From contig CAWBMP010000004.1 of the NCBI GenBank assembly GCA_963790025.1, positions 1,440,001 to 1,504,000 of the forward strand: a stretch of 64,000 bases of DNA, given 5' to 3'. This DNA comes from Nitrospirota bacterium. GTDB lineage: Bacteria > Nitrospirota > Thermodesulfovibrionia > Thermodesulfovibrionales > Dissulfurispiraceae. Both the position numbers and the translations under genes were made by a program. Below the pieces are notes generated by a model. It did not search any database. It saw nothing but the letters and a program-made list of their open reading frames with translations, and was not told the origin of the DNA. Of the stretch, positions 9,248 through 19,731 are shown piece after piece. Each line of letters opens with the position of its first letter. Positions within the stretch are counted from its first letter, which is position 1.

Positions 9248-10456
9248 ATGACTGAAGGTTCTATTATTGACAAAGGGCTGGATATTGATAATCTTATACC
9301 TAAAGATATCACTCTGAAAGCTGAAAATGTAGGTGTTCTAAAGGCCAATCTCGATTTATTTACGCTAACTGCACTGGCTATTATGGCAGGCGTCTTCATA
9401 TCACTAGGTTCGGCTTTTTTTACTGTAGCGATTGCGGGAAACGGAGTTGCAGGAGCTATTAAACTGCCGGCTGGCATTATAAGGATCGTGGGAGGGATAG
9501 TATTTGGTCTTGGACTCATTTTAGTTGTAATAGCAGGGGCGGAGCTATTCACGGGTAATGTTTTGATTATCATGGCTGCTGCCAGCAAAAAGATAACCAT
9601 CGGCAAGGTGTTAAGAAATTGGTCAGTGGTTTACACAGGTAATTTTATAGGCTCCGTCATAACGGCATACCTGGTATATAAATGCGGCCAGTATAAATTA
9701 CTTGATGGTATTTTCGGTGTGCAGGCTTTGTCAATTGCCAACGGAAAGTGCGCTATGCCTTTTATCGAGGCAATGACGAGGGGGATTTTATGTAACGCCC
9801 TGGTGTGCCTTGCCATTTGGCTCTGTTTTTCCGGTCGCACGGTAGTAGACAAGATTACCGGCATAATCTTTCCTGTTACTGCTTTCGTAGCCATGGGGTT
9901 TGAGCACTGCGTGGCAAATATGTACCTTGTGCCTGTCGGCATCTTTATAAAGACGTATGCCGGTCCAGAATTTTGGCTTGCTACAGGCAAGACCGCCGCA
10001 GAGTTTTCTGTCCTTACATGGAAAAACTTGTTCATCGTCAACCTGCTTCCCGTATCGATCGGTAATACAATAGGCGGTTTTATGATAGGCCTTATGTACT
10101 GGGTGATTTACGATCGATCAAATATTTTAAATACCGAAAATCAAAAGGAGCTGCTCAAGAAACTCATAGGCCGGGGCCGGAGGAAATTTGAACGTCACGA
10201 TGCAGAAGGTGTCGTGACTATATATAGACATTTATCTTCCTTTAAAGGACTGCTAAAAAACATAAGTGAAGGCGGCTTGCTATGTACGCTTGACAAGAAT
10301 GACCTCACTGCCGGCACGTTAGAAAGGATAACGTTAGATATTGAATCGGAAATGGTTTCAGGTCATGAATCGGTTAAAAAAACTATAACGGGATTAAGCG
10401 GCCGTCTGATCAACATCAGTACAGGGGCATCCGATCAGGTGGACATTTCTATTTAA
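9248..10456 (+). CDS. Formate/nitrite transporter (FNT) family channel with C-terminal PilZ-like domain (truncated by TAA)
   Basis: GAELFTGN, CNALVCLAIW and FVAMGFEHCVANM; tail has RRKFER and NISEGG. Confidence 0.9.
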   Translation: MTEGSIIDKGLDIDNLIPKDITLKAENVGVLKANLDLFTLTALAIMAGVFISLGSAFFTVAIAGNGVAGAIKLPAGIIRIVGGIVFGLGLILVVIAGAELFTGNVLIIMAAASKKITIGKVLRNWSVVYTGNFIGSVITAYLVYKCGQYKLLDGIFGVQALSIANGKCAMPFIEAMTRGILCNALVCLAIWLCFSGRTVVDKITGIIFPVTAFVAMGFEHCVANMYLVPVGIFIKTYAGPEFWLATGKTAAEFSVLTWKNLFIVNLLPVSIGNTIGGFMIGLMYWVIYDRSNILNTENQKELLKKLIGRGRRKFERHDAEGVVTIYRHLSSFKGLLKNISEGGLLCTLDKNDLTAGTLERITLDIESEMVSGHESVKKTITGLSGRLINISTGASDQVDISI

Positions 10457-10817
10457 TTTATCGACGTCACGCCGGAAAAAAGAAGAGAGATTATTAATTT
10501 CATTAACTGGATACCCAAAAAGAACTAGAAAACCGGTATATTGTCAGTATCACATTTCGCGAAGTCCGGCTCACTCTTACTTGCTGTGAACTGAGGCCCT
10601 ATGCAAGCCTTTCCAGAAGACATTAATAAAGAATGTGGACAAGACACTTTACAGAGCGAAGATGCAGGGAAAGGACAGAATTAGTTGTCTGAGATGAAAC
10701 GGACCCAAGAATTGGCAGAGAAGCCACGCTATAACATTAATCATGAATTTATAACAAAAAATGTTACCGGGACCATGTTTTTGTCGACCGATACACTCAA
10801 ATATTGACTTATACTCT

Positions 10818-11732
10818 TTATTCACCTCCGTTTTTCTGTTTTTTCTTTTTCTTGCTCAAGCTCGCAACTTGCTCAACCCCGGATAGAAAGAACCGCTCAC
10901 TGAAGCCTGCTGCAAAAGCCAAGACGAGATAGGTTGCTTGCGTATTCTCAGAAGCCGTGACAATCTTTATCACGCCGGATACCTGGATCAGATAGATGAT
11001 CAAACCGCTGGCAGCTCCGATTAAGGGTTTGAGGCACAGCAGGGTCCTGCGAATGTAATAGGCGGAAGAAGGTGCTTCTAGTGATTCCATGGTCGAAAGC
11101 GCGCTAACGAACCCACCGATAGAGCCGAAAACGATAACGGCGAGGATGAATGTCCATGTGACCTTGGGCATTTGAAGAAACTCTGGAACTAGCCAGAGAC
11201 TGCCGCCCAGCAGGCCGCCGAGGATTATGGCGGTGAACAAAAGGCGTGTGCGCAGGAGGTTCACCTTGCGCCAATGGGCATCTCGTGCATCGGCAGTGAG
11301 CAGGGAAAGGCGCTCCATGTCGAAACGGATTTCCTGCATTGGAAGGGCATGGGCATGTCTGTCCTCTTCGTGTTTTGGCAGATGGAGCCGAAGAGACTCT
11401 TCGATCCTGTCGAGATCGCCTTCGTATTGCTTCTGTTCTTCCTTGGCGATGTAAGAAAGACTGCCTCGGATATCTACGACTACCTGGAGAAGATCAGAGA
11501 CAGAGCCAATACGACATATCATATGTCGAATCGTGTGGAGCATCTGCCAAATCTTGTCATAAGCGGAATAAGAAAGAAATATCCGGTGATTAAATGTATC
11601 TTCGGCCTGTTCGAGCCACTTGCGGCATTCCGTAATGTCTTTACCTTCCTGTTTGAGTTTTTCCAGTACAGTATGGATATTCTGGATCTTAACCAGAATC
11701 TGAGGATCCCTGCCTACGCTATGTTTTCGCAT
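10818..11732 (-). CDS. Hypothetical membrane protein (helical N-terminus plus about 4 TM segments)
   Basis: GGAGG RBS; GSIGGFVS...KPLIGA...AFAAGFSERF hydrophobic C-terminus. Confidence 0.7.
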   Translation of the reverse strand: MRKHSVGRDPQILVKIQNIHTVLEKLKQEGKDITECRKWLEQAEDTFNHRIFLSYSAYDKIWQMLHTIRHMICRIGSVSDLLQVVVDIRGSLSYIAKEEQKQYEGDLDRIEESLRLHLPKHEEDRHAHALPMQEIRFDMERLSLLTADARDAHWRKVNLLRTRLLFTAIILGGLLGGSLWLVPEFLQMPKVTWTFILAVIVFGSIGGFVSALSTMESLEAPSSAYYIRRTLLCLKPLIGAASGLIIYLIQVSGVIKIVTASENTQATYLVLAFAAGFSERFFLSGVEQVASLSKKKKKQKNGGE

Positions 11733-12059
11733 TGTCTTACCTCCTTTTCCAGTTTTTTTATGATCCCATATGCTGTCGCACAATTTAACAGAAATCGGCC
11801 TTGCAATCCCAGTTTAATTCCTTCATCAACTTTTGTTTTATCATTCTGCTGCGCTGCTGGTTTCCTTGTTCCTGTGTTTTTACTTTCTTTACATCCGGAC
11901 AGCAAAAGGAGAAAAATTGACAGTAATTTGCGCTATCCACAGAGCTGTATAGACACACTCGAATAAAGACCGTCCTCGGATATCTAAAGTTTTATCTGCG
12001 TATCCACTTCCGGAAACAGGGCAAATATTTTATTATTATCTTCTTGTATCACGCTTACG

Positions 12060-12257
12060 CTATGGCGTTTCTTCACTACCGGTACCACCTCTTTTGGTCA
12101 GCGGCACCTCCTCGCTGCCGCTGCCGCCTTTCTTCTTGCGTGCGAGTGACACAGAAATAGCCGATTCGACGTCCGCAGCAGACGCCTTCGGTAGATAATT
12201 TTTAGAAGCCGTATCGTCCTCTTTTCTCCTGCGCAACGGATTACTCTTCTTAGCCAT
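12060..12257 (-). CDS. Small hypothetical protein
   Basis: AGGAGG RBS; directly follows the large lipoprotein gene. Confidence 0.45.
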   Translation of the reverse strand: MAKKSNPLRRRKEDDTASKNYLPKASAADVESAISVSLARKKKGGSGSEEVPLTKRGGTGSEETP

Positions 12258-12300
12258 TTTTGCTACCTCCTATCTGGGTGATGCATCAACCGCATCCTCG

Positions 12301-14652
12301 TCATTTGCCGGGTATGACCGAAAAGTCCTTGGTCTCATCACCGGTTTCCTTGCCGTTCTTCCATCCAACCGCCTTGAATGTGACCTTGTCATCGGGATTT
12401 GCATTCTGAATTTCAAGCGTGAGCACGGTTGCCGCCTTGACCGTGATCTTATCGAGAGCGATCGCTACCGCAGCACCACCGGGATCCTTCGCAGATTTCA
12501 CTTCGGCTCCGCTCCAGGTGAGGACTGCGCTATCGTCCTTGAAATTGTCGAACACCAGCTTGACCGTACCGGCGCCCTTGGCGACCTCGATCTTGTTAGT
12601 GCTCGCCCGAAAGTCAAATCCGGCTTTCGGCTTGGCAGAGGGCGCCTCGGCGAGCAGCAGGTCGAACGCGTGGTCTGCGATCTTGTCGGTGGCACAGCCT
12701 CGTCCGAAAGTGCACAGGCTGGGCTGGACGTACAGATGGCTCTGTTCGAGGACGATTTTTCCGAGCTTCCATTTGGCAGGCGAGGGGAATTGCAGAGCAA
12801 GTGTCCCCGTCGCCGGGTCAGGCCCGATAGTCTCCGCCGGGAATTCGTAGGATTTGCCGGTGCTGTTCATTAGTTGCAGAACCGCCGAAATTCCTCCCGC
12901 TGTTATTCCCGAAACGTTGCGCAGCACGATGTCGAGTTTTTCCTTGCCGTCATCGCGCATCAGTGCGGTTTGCTTCGGAATCACGATATCGGGCGGGACC
13001 GGCAGCTCAAACGAGGCCGACTTGGTCGCACTTTCGACCATGGTCGATGCCAGATATGCCCACAGCGAGTGCAAGTACCCCCCGTTGATACAGGCCAGGC
13101 GATAGTCATTGTCTGCGCTATTCTGAGTTGATTTGTCGTCACGGATCGCGCATTGTTCTTTAGGGAGAGTATCTAAAGCTTTACCTTGAGTCCCAGCCGG
13201 CCTGAGAATAATCTCTCTCGCAGCATCGTAAAACTTCTCATAAGTTGAGGTCTGGATCGGCCCGACCAGCCGTCTGAAGATATTGAGCTTCTCGTCTTGC
13301 GTCTTGAGCGACCAAGCAGCAAACATATTCGGGTAGCGGATCCGCAACGTTCGCTCGAAGGCGCTGTCGACCTCACCAACCAGGCTCAAGTCCTGACGCT
13401 CTTTCAGAAGCACGCCGCTCGACGTATCGCGGAAGTCGGTGTGGGTAATGACGCTCAGGGTGGGTGGTTCCAAGTCATCAGTTTGTGACGTATTCGTCTC
13501 AGAGATCCATGACTTGTTATTCAATACCAGATTCTTCCCTTTAGCGACAAGAGCCGTGGGAGGCGAGTCGGAGCTTCCGCTCGCCCCCGTTTCAAGCGTA
13601 TTGTTCCCCGTGCGAAAATAGGCCTCGGGGACGAGCAGCAGCAACGTGATATCATAGGTGCGCCCAACCAGGCTGTTGCCGCCGGTCGCCTCATTGGCGG
13701 CGCCGAGCCGTATATATATACCGTTGTCGTTCAGGCGAGCGACGGTGAGCAGACTGTTGACGTCGGGGGCCATAACAGACTCGCGATCACGATTTTCAGC
13801 GTTGGCGCCGATGTTTCCGCCAACTCCATGCACCATCAGGTTGACAGCGAGTCCGAGTTGGCGTGCGACTTCGGCCGCGCGTGACTTAATCGCCTGTTCG
13901 AGGTCGTCAGTCACGATTAGTGGGACCACGTAGGGCAATTTGATGCCAGGGATCGGTAGTTGCATTCTTTCCGAGGGAAAGAACTCGACCTGTGCGTGAA
14001 CGTCGTACGGCAAGTGTCGACGATACGGTATGGCGGCAAGCTGCATGCGGACCATATAGGGAATGTACCCTTTGCGCTTCGCAGCGTGTTCGACCTCACG
14101 GTTTATAAGTTGTACTGCCTGGTAAAGGGATGCGGCTGCCCGATACTGCAATAGCGGATCGAGGCCGAGGTCACCGCCGGAAGCCGCGCCCGATGGGAAT
14201 TCTCCGCCTGCCGGTGTACCGCTAGAGACGGTCGGTGCGACTCCTGTTTTTGTGTTCGCCCCAAGTCCGAGTGATACGCCAAAGGCATCAAGAATCTGCT
14301 GTTGGATGCGGGCAGTTACCGGCAGCACCTTCGATAGTGCCGCGTCACCATTAGCGAGGTTGAACTTCGGCTGCATCACGTCGGCGACTTGCTCCCAGCG
14401 GCTGACCGAATTTACCGACAGTAAAACACCGCCGGCCTCGTCTCGATAGTCGACGGTCGAGGGGGTGGAACGCGTGGGCGTCATACTACAGGAGGCCAGC
14501 AGCATCGTCACGGCAAGCGCTACCGGAACTGACGTCAGATAGCGTGGCTTATGTGAACTCATTTTGATAGACGCCAGCCTATCCCAAAAAAGCGAAAACT
14601 GTGGTCTGACTGCAGCTTCGCCAACTGGATTGGCGAGTTTTTCAACATTCAT
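12301..14652 (-). CDS. Large hypothetical (lipo)protein, GC-rich relative to its neighbours
   Basis: Long ORF; hydrophobic stretch with LLASC lipobox after MSSHKPRY (alternative start 14562); start uncertain. Confidence 0.7.
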   Translation of the reverse strand: MNVEKLANPVGEAAVRPQFSLFWDRLASIKMSSHKPRYLTSVPVALAVTMLLASCSMTPTRSTPSTVDYRDEAGGVLLSVNSVSRWEQVADVMQPKFNLANGDAALSKVLPVTARIQQQILDAFGVSLGLGANTKTGVAPTVSSGTPAGGEFPSGAASGGDLGLDPLLQYRAAASLYQAVQLINREVEHAAKRKGYIPYMVRMQLAAIPYRRHLPYDVHAQVEFFPSERMQLPIPGIKLPYVVPLIVTDDLEQAIKSRAAEVARQLGLAVNLMVHGVGGNIGANAENRDRESVMAPDVNSLLTVARLNDNGIYIRLGAANEATGGNSLVGRTYDITLLLLVPEAYFRTGNNTLETGASGSSDSPPTALVAKGKNLVLNNKSWISETNTSQTDDLEPPTLSVITHTDFRDTSSGVLLKERQDLSLVGEVDSAFERTLRIRYPNMFAAWSLKTQDEKLNIFRRLVGPIQTSTYEKFYDAAREIILRPAGTQGKALDTLPKEQCAIRDDKSTQNSADNDYRLACINGGYLHSLWAYLASTMVESATKSASFELPVPPDIVIPKQTALMRDDGKEKLDIVLRNVSGITAGGISAVLQLMNSTGKSYEFPAETIGPDPATGTLALQFPSPAKWKLGKIVLEQSHLYVQPSLCTFGRGCATDKIADHAFDLLLAEAPSAKPKAGFDFRASTNKIEVAKGAGTVKLVFDNFKDDSAVLTWSGAEVKSAKDPGGAAVAIALDKITVKAATVLTLEIQNANPDDKVTFKAVGWKNGKETGDETKDFSVIPGK

Positions 14653-14683
14653 CTGTTCCCTCCCCGAAATACTTTTTTCTGCA

Positions 14684-14749
14684 GCGCAACGAATAAGCTC
14701 CCGGGGAGGCGTGAGCAGCGCGCCGATGCAGTGAAGCACTTCGTTAGCT
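14684..14749 (-). repeat. attC-like integron recombination site
   Basis: Minus strand: AGCTAAC-GAAGT-GCT(T)CAC...GGGAGC-TTATTC-GTTGCGC matches R''-L''-L'-R' geometry with one extra base in L''. Confidence 0.55.
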
Positions 14750-15213
14750 GCTGTCAGTATTAAAATAGGCTCTATTTTTTTAACTTATACCACATTTTAG
14801 CGTCGAGATCAACTTTCAATAAAAACAATAAGATATAAATGGTCCTGCTTCTTAAAATGCCTGTAATCTGTGTCTCCGACAAAATTAAGACAATTATTAA
14901 TAGAATAGGATAAGAAGGGACGATATCCTCAAGCTTACCTTTAGGTAGACAGTCTTAAAACAGAGTTTCCGACATGTTGCTCCATATATAAGCCGCCGTC
15001 AAATCGCCAGGCGCGCAATCATAATGGTGACGTTACGCTAATTACAAGCGGCACAGTTTTGGAGTTAGAGGTCCGTTCGAAATCAAGGTTTTTCAGTGGC
15101 CACTCCCGCCGCACGACAAAAGTTCTCTGAAAAAAATTCGCACAACCGCATAAGAGCATTTATAATAGAAGATGTTGCTTTTGGTTCAGAAACGTTATCA
15201 TAGGAGTTGAATC

Positions 15214-15546
15214 ATGGTGAGAAAACAACGGATAACATTCAGGAAGTCCGCAGTGAAACAGCCAGGCCAGGGCAAAACAGCTGCTGAAATCGTCAAAGAG
15301 TTAAAAGAGGGCAGCGCTCCGACTTCCAATTACAGGGAGCAATCCCTGAAAATCCATGGCCTGGTTTGTGCGAAATGCGGAAGAGATTTCGATTTCAATA
15401 ACCGGCATCTTCTTACGGTCCACCATAAAGACGGGAACCATCATAACAACCCCCCTGATGGCTCTAACTGGGAGAATCTTTGTATCTATTGTCATGACGA
15501 CGAACACAGCAGAGGGCTACTTGGAGACTACTTGAGGGGTAAATAA
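15214..15546 (+). CDS. YajD-family HNH nuclease
   Basis: YREQSLKI...CAKCGR...LTVHHKDGNHHNNPPDGSNWENLCIYCHDDEHSR. Confidence 0.88.
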   Translation: MVRKQRITFRKSAVKQPGQGKTAAEIVKELKEGSAPTSNYREQSLKIHGLVCAKCGRDFDFNNRHLLTVHHKDGNHHNNPPDGSNWENLCIYCHDDEHSRGLLGDYLRGK

Positions 15547-15562
15547 CCGGTAGATCGGAGCT

Positions 15563-15856
15563 ATGCAAAAAAAAGATACTGAACAGATAATGCGGGAATT
15601 CGGTTTGCGCCGTGACCGCCAGCTTTTGGCTATAGCAATTGCCCTGGTTTTACTTGTATTTCTTGCCTTGCTTCCTAACCGTCCCGATCTGATGGGAGAA
15701 TTCTCAAAAAATAATATTGTTTCAGCACAGTTTGTTATCATCGTCGCGTTTATCGGTTTCAGCGCCTTTAACTGGAGATGTCCCTCATGTAACAAATATC
15801 TGGGCACTGATATCAAAAGACGTATATGCAATAAGTGCAAAACCAGATTACGGTAG
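15563..15856 (+). CDS. Small membrane protein with C-terminal zinc ribbon
   Basis: Two hydrophobic segments; WRCPSC...CNKC. Confidence 0.65.
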   Translation: MQKKDTEQIMREFGLRRDRQLLAIAIALVLLVFLALLPNRPDLMGEFSKNNIVSAQFVIIVAFIGFSAFNWRCPSCNKYLGTDIKRRICNKCKTRLR

Positions 15857-15873
15857 AAGGGTAAGGAGCAACT

Positions 15874-16074
15874 ATGGCAAAGTATACGGCACCTATTGAC
15901 GAAGACACACGGCAGAGGATTCTTGCATTACCGGGAACAGTAAAATTCTCAGCCTTTATGCGTAAGGCAATAGAGGTATTTGTTGAGGAGCTTGAGAAAG
16001 ACCCTGACCTGGAGCCTGAGAATTTTATGATCACTGTCACAGCCCGGAAAGATGCCTCAGATAAAAAAAGATAA
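15874..16074 (+). CDS. Small hypothetical protein
   Basis: AAGGAG RBS; in operon context. Confidence 0.55.
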   Translation: MAKYTAPIDEDTRQRILALPGTVKFSAFMRKAIEVFVEELEKDPDLEPENFMITVTARKDASDKKR

Positions 16075-17269
16075 TAACGACACTAAAAAAAGCAGGATTT
16101 TGATTACCTGTGCAAAGGGCATACCGCCTTATTTGAGGGATGAGGTCCTTGCACTGGGGTTCCCTGTTCTTGATGAGAGCATTGCAGGCATAGCGACCGA
16201 GGGGAATATAGACGATACGCTCCGTCTCAATCTTCTGCTTCGTACTGCACACCGTGTTCTCTTTTTAATCAGGGAATTCTCTGCGCAGGACGCTGATGCT
16301 CTTTATCAGGGAGTGTCAGAGATTGCCTGGGAGGAATATATAGCGCCTGATGGATATGTGTGTGTTAATTCCAGCGTGGATAATCCGACCATAAGGGATT
16401 CACGTTTTGCAAATGTAAGGTGCAAGGATGCCATTGTAGACAGGATCAGGGAAAAGTGCGGGCGGCGTCCTGACTCAGGCCCCGATCAGGACAGGGCTGT
16501 TTTAAATCTTTACTGGAAGGACGACCTATGCTCCCTGTATCTTGATACCTCTGGGGAGCCCCTATCCCGCCGCGGTTATAGAAAGATCCCCATGACTGCA
16601 CCCATGCAGGAGACCCTTGCAGCTGCCGTTATTCAGGCGACTGGCTGGACATCTGTCCGGGCTTCCGGCAGTGGTCATTTCATTAATCCCATGTGTGGCA
16701 GCGGCACGCTTGCCATAGAGGCTGCCCTGATAGGACTGAACAGGGCCCCTGGGCTGCTGCGGGACAATTTCGGGTTCATGCATATCAAGGGATATAATGA
16801 ACCTGCATGGGACTGTCTGCGTTTGAAAGCAAAAAAGGCAGCAAAAAAAGCGCTGGATTGCCGGATTATTGCCACTGATATCAGGAGTGAGGCGGTTGAG
16901 GCGGCAAAGAAAAATGCTTCTACTGCCGGGGTGGAACATCTGATTGAATTCTCCGTATGTGATTATTCAGATACCCCGGTACCGGATGGAGGGGGGATAG
17001 TCATGCTCAACCCGGAATATGGAGAAAGAATGGGAAAGATCAAAGAGCTTGAGAGTGTTTACAAGGGCATCGGCGATTTTTTTAAGCAAAAGTGCGGGGG
17101 ATATACCGGATATCTATTTACCGGAAACCTTGACCTGGCAAAGAAGGTTGGACTGAGAGCAAAGCGACGGATTCAATTTTTTAACAGTAGGATAGAATGC
17201 AGGCTCCTTGCTTATGAATTGTACGAGGGCACCAGGAAGAACAAAAACACAGAGAAGTCATATGGATAA
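16052..17269 (+). CDS. THUMP-domain RNA methyltransferase (RlmL/RlmK-like)
   Basis: LDTSGEPLSRRGYR, ETLAAA, NPMCGSGTLAIEA, NPEYGER. Confidence 0.9.
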   Translation: MPQIKKDNNDTKKSRILITCAKGIPPYLRDEVLALGFPVLDESIAGIATEGNIDDTLRLNLLLRTAHRVLFLIREFSAQDADALYQGVSEIAWEEYIAPDGYVCVNSSVDNPTIRDSRFANVRCKDAIVDRIREKCGRRPDSGPDQDRAVLNLYWKDDLCSLYLDTSGEPLSRRGYRKIPMTAPMQETLAAAVIQATGWTSVRASGSGHFINPMCGSGTLAIEAALIGLNRAPGLLRDNFGFMHIKGYNEPAWDCLRLKAKKAAKKALDCRIIATDIRSEAVEAAKKNASTAGVEHLIEFSVCDYSDTPVPDGGGIVMLNPEYGERMGKIKELESVYKGIGDFFKQKCGGYTGYLFTGNLDLAKKVGLRAKRRIQFFNSRIECRLLAYELYEGTRKNKNTEKSYG

Positions 17270-18557
17270 GACCGGACGGAATCAGTGGCTTCCAGAGCTG
17301 GTAATTGTATCGCTTCTCATAATAATCACTACAATAATATTCCGGCACACAAACGCCGACATTGCGCTTGAGAAGCATTTTTACTGCGAACAGTGCCCTG
17401 GCTCGAAATGGTTTCTTGATAAAAATATAGTCCTGCGTTTTTTTTATAACTTTGGTTCATGGCCTGCGGCATTTACGGTTATTGGCGCCCTGGCACTCTT
17501 AGTCATTAGTTATTTCAAGAGCACTCTTGTCCGGTACCGTATCTATTCGATTTTTCTCATCCTGGCACTGCTTATAGGCCCGGGATTTATTATCAACTCT
17601 GTGCTTAAGGTCCACTGGGGCAAGCCGCGTCCCAGCGAGATTCAGGAATTCGGAGGAAGGTGGGAGTATCAGAAGCTATTTCAAAAAGGTCAAAGCGGAA
17701 GGGGCAAATCATTTCCCTGTGGGCACTGCTCCATGGGGTATTTCTTTTTTGCCTTCTATTTTATTTTTAAAAACAAACGAAGAAGGCTCGCTTTATTCTT
17801 TCTGATTTTCGGAGTCGCTTACGGGACCATGATAGGGATTTCCAGGATGGCATTCGGAGGACATTTCCCGTCAGACGTGCTGTGGGCAGCTTTCATCCCT
17901 TTTCTCGTTCCCCTAGTCCTCTATTACTTTGTTTTGAATATCCCCGTGCGGGAGAGTTGTTTAAATGAGCCGGCCCGTCACGTTAGCCGGAGCAGAAAAA
18001 TATTTGTGGTTGTCGCTGCCGGGATACTGATTGTTTTGGTACTGGGAGCGCTTTTTCTTGCCACCCCGATCTATGAAGATATTCATCACAGGACAAGTGA
18101 AGAGTATTTGAATCCAGGCCCATTCTCGGTAGACATACACTGCTCCAGGTGCGATCTGGATCTTTATCTTGAAAATGCCGCTGACGCGGCAGTGACTGTT
18201 TCTGGTGCCGCCCAGGGCTTCGGGTTCCCGACCAATAAAATTGTTCATTCCTTTTATGAAACCTCCCGGCAGGGTGTTCGCACTGTGTTTTTTGACCTGA
18301 CACACAAGGGCCTTTTTTCAGAACTGGTCAATACAATACGAGTGAATTTGAAGAAAAAACACCTCGATAGTCTCAATATTATGGTTGATGACGGAGATGT
18401 TACAGTCCATGACAGCCCGGATGCGGGCATAGATAGGGCATTGCCCGAAACAAGACTCGTTATCACCGTTAAACACGGAACACTGACACTGCCGGATCAT
18501 TTTCATGGGAAGACAATGATACTCAACGTGCCTGCTGGCGGTTTGAAATACCGCTAA
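17262..18557 (+). CDS. PAP2-family membrane phosphatase with extra C-terminal soluble domain
   Basis: KVHWGKPRP, SFPCGH and SRMAFGGHFPSDV catalytic motifs. Confidence 0.85.
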   Translation: MDKTGRNQWLPELVIVSLLIIITTIIFRHTNADIALEKHFYCEQCPGSKWFLDKNIVLRFFYNFGSWPAAFTVIGALALLVISYFKSTLVRYRIYSIFLILALLIGPGFIINSVLKVHWGKPRPSEIQEFGGRWEYQKLFQKGQSGRGKSFPCGHCSMGYFFFAFYFIFKNKRRRLALFFLIFGVAYGTMIGISRMAFGGHFPSDVLWAAFIPFLVPLVLYYFVLNIPVRESCLNEPARHVSRSRKIFVVVAAGILIVLVLGALFLATPIYEDIHHRTSEEYLNPGPFSVDIHCSRCDLDLYLENAADAAVTVSGAAQGFGFPTNKIVHSFYETSRQGVRTVFFDLTHKGLFSELVNTIRVNLKKKHLDSLNIMVDDGDVTVHDSPDAGIDRALPETRLVITVKHGTLTLPDHFHGKTMILNVPAGGLKYR

Positions 18558-18625
18558 ATGTAACAAGAAATTAACCGCCGTCCGGCCCTCATTTATGTTA
18601 TTGTTAATGTACAAATAATACGGAG

Positions 18626-19384
18626 GTGACCCAATTGAACAGAATTGTATTTTCGCTGGTGGCTGCCTTTATCTTATTTCCTACCGCATATGCATGTGGC
18701 GCTGATACGAAGTGCGAGACTCTGACTAAAGATGAAGCAACGGCTATTGTGAGGAATTTGAACCCCACTGTTAGCGTTCTTGATGTCAGACCAGGCCCCG
18801 TAGCTGATTTGTGGGAGGTAACGATAGCTACCGGTGGGCAAAAGGTGCTGGCGTATGTCGATTGCTCAAAGCGATACCTGATAATGGGAGAAGTGATCGA
18901 CATAAAACAAAAGAAGTTTCTTACGCGGGAACGCATGACCGAGATCAATAAGGTCGATGTATCGTCCATTCCCCTGGATGACGCACTTGTCCTGGGTGAT
19001 AAAGACGCCCCTCACAAGATCATTGTTTTTGATGATCCGGAATGACCATACTGCGCTAAACTTCATCAGGTGATGAAGCAGGTTGTTGAAAAGAGAAAAG
19101 ACATTGTTTTCCTTATAAAAATGTACCCGCTTCCCATGCACAAGGGTTCTTATGACAAGGCAAAGGCCATAGTATGTGAAAAGTCGCTTACGTTGCTTGA
19201 GGATGCTTTTGAAAACAAAACTATTCCGGCAGCCAAATGTAATACGCCGGTTATCGACGATAATATAAAATTGGGAGGCAAGCTCGGTATCTCGGGCACG
19301 CCCGCGATTATATTCCCTGACGGCAGAGTTATCCCGGGGTATATGGAGGCCGAGCCTCTGATTCAGGAAATAGACAAGAAATGA
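18626..19384 (+). CDS. dsbC: DsbC-family thiol:disulfide isomerase, predicted selenoprotein (UPYC)
   Basis: The two track ORFs are in frame across TGA 19043-19045 (FDDPE-U-PYC); cis-Pro loop GISGTP; SECIS-like hairpin downstream. Confidence 0.88.
19051..19081 (+). promoter_or_regulatory. Bacterial SECIS-like hairpin
   Basis: CTTCATC-AGGT-GATGAAG, a perfect 7-bp stem with G-containing loop, starting 15 nt after the TGA. Confidence 0.75.
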
Positions 19385-19731
19385 CAAGAAATGCAGGTAC
19401 AGGTTTAGGCAGAGGTTAAGAGTAAAAGAAAAAAGGCGGACAGTATTCCGCGACTTTGCCTTAACCTCAACCTTTACCTTTACCTGGTTTTCTATCATAC
19501 TTCAGGCATTCAATATTTGAGGCCTTGAACACCTCACCGGAAGGCATGCTTTTGCTTTTAAAGCCCAATGCATTACATCCATAAGGGAAGTGCTTGTCCC
19601 AGGTGATGTAAAAATACTTGCATGTGTAACAATCAATATGTTCCATATAAAAATACGTGCTGCGTACTGCGTTCAGCGTACAAAGTACAAAAAAATCCCG
19701 AAATCAGTCTTTGAACTTAGCACGCAGCACG

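Noticed and set aside
10454..10456. Programmed recoding of the FNT-PilZ stop
   Set aside because: The codon is TAA, not TGA or TAG; mutation or sequencing error is more plausible.
14760..15200. attI site or integron integrase next to the attC-like site
   Set aside because: No integrase ORF; the GTT-containing candidates are too weak to call.
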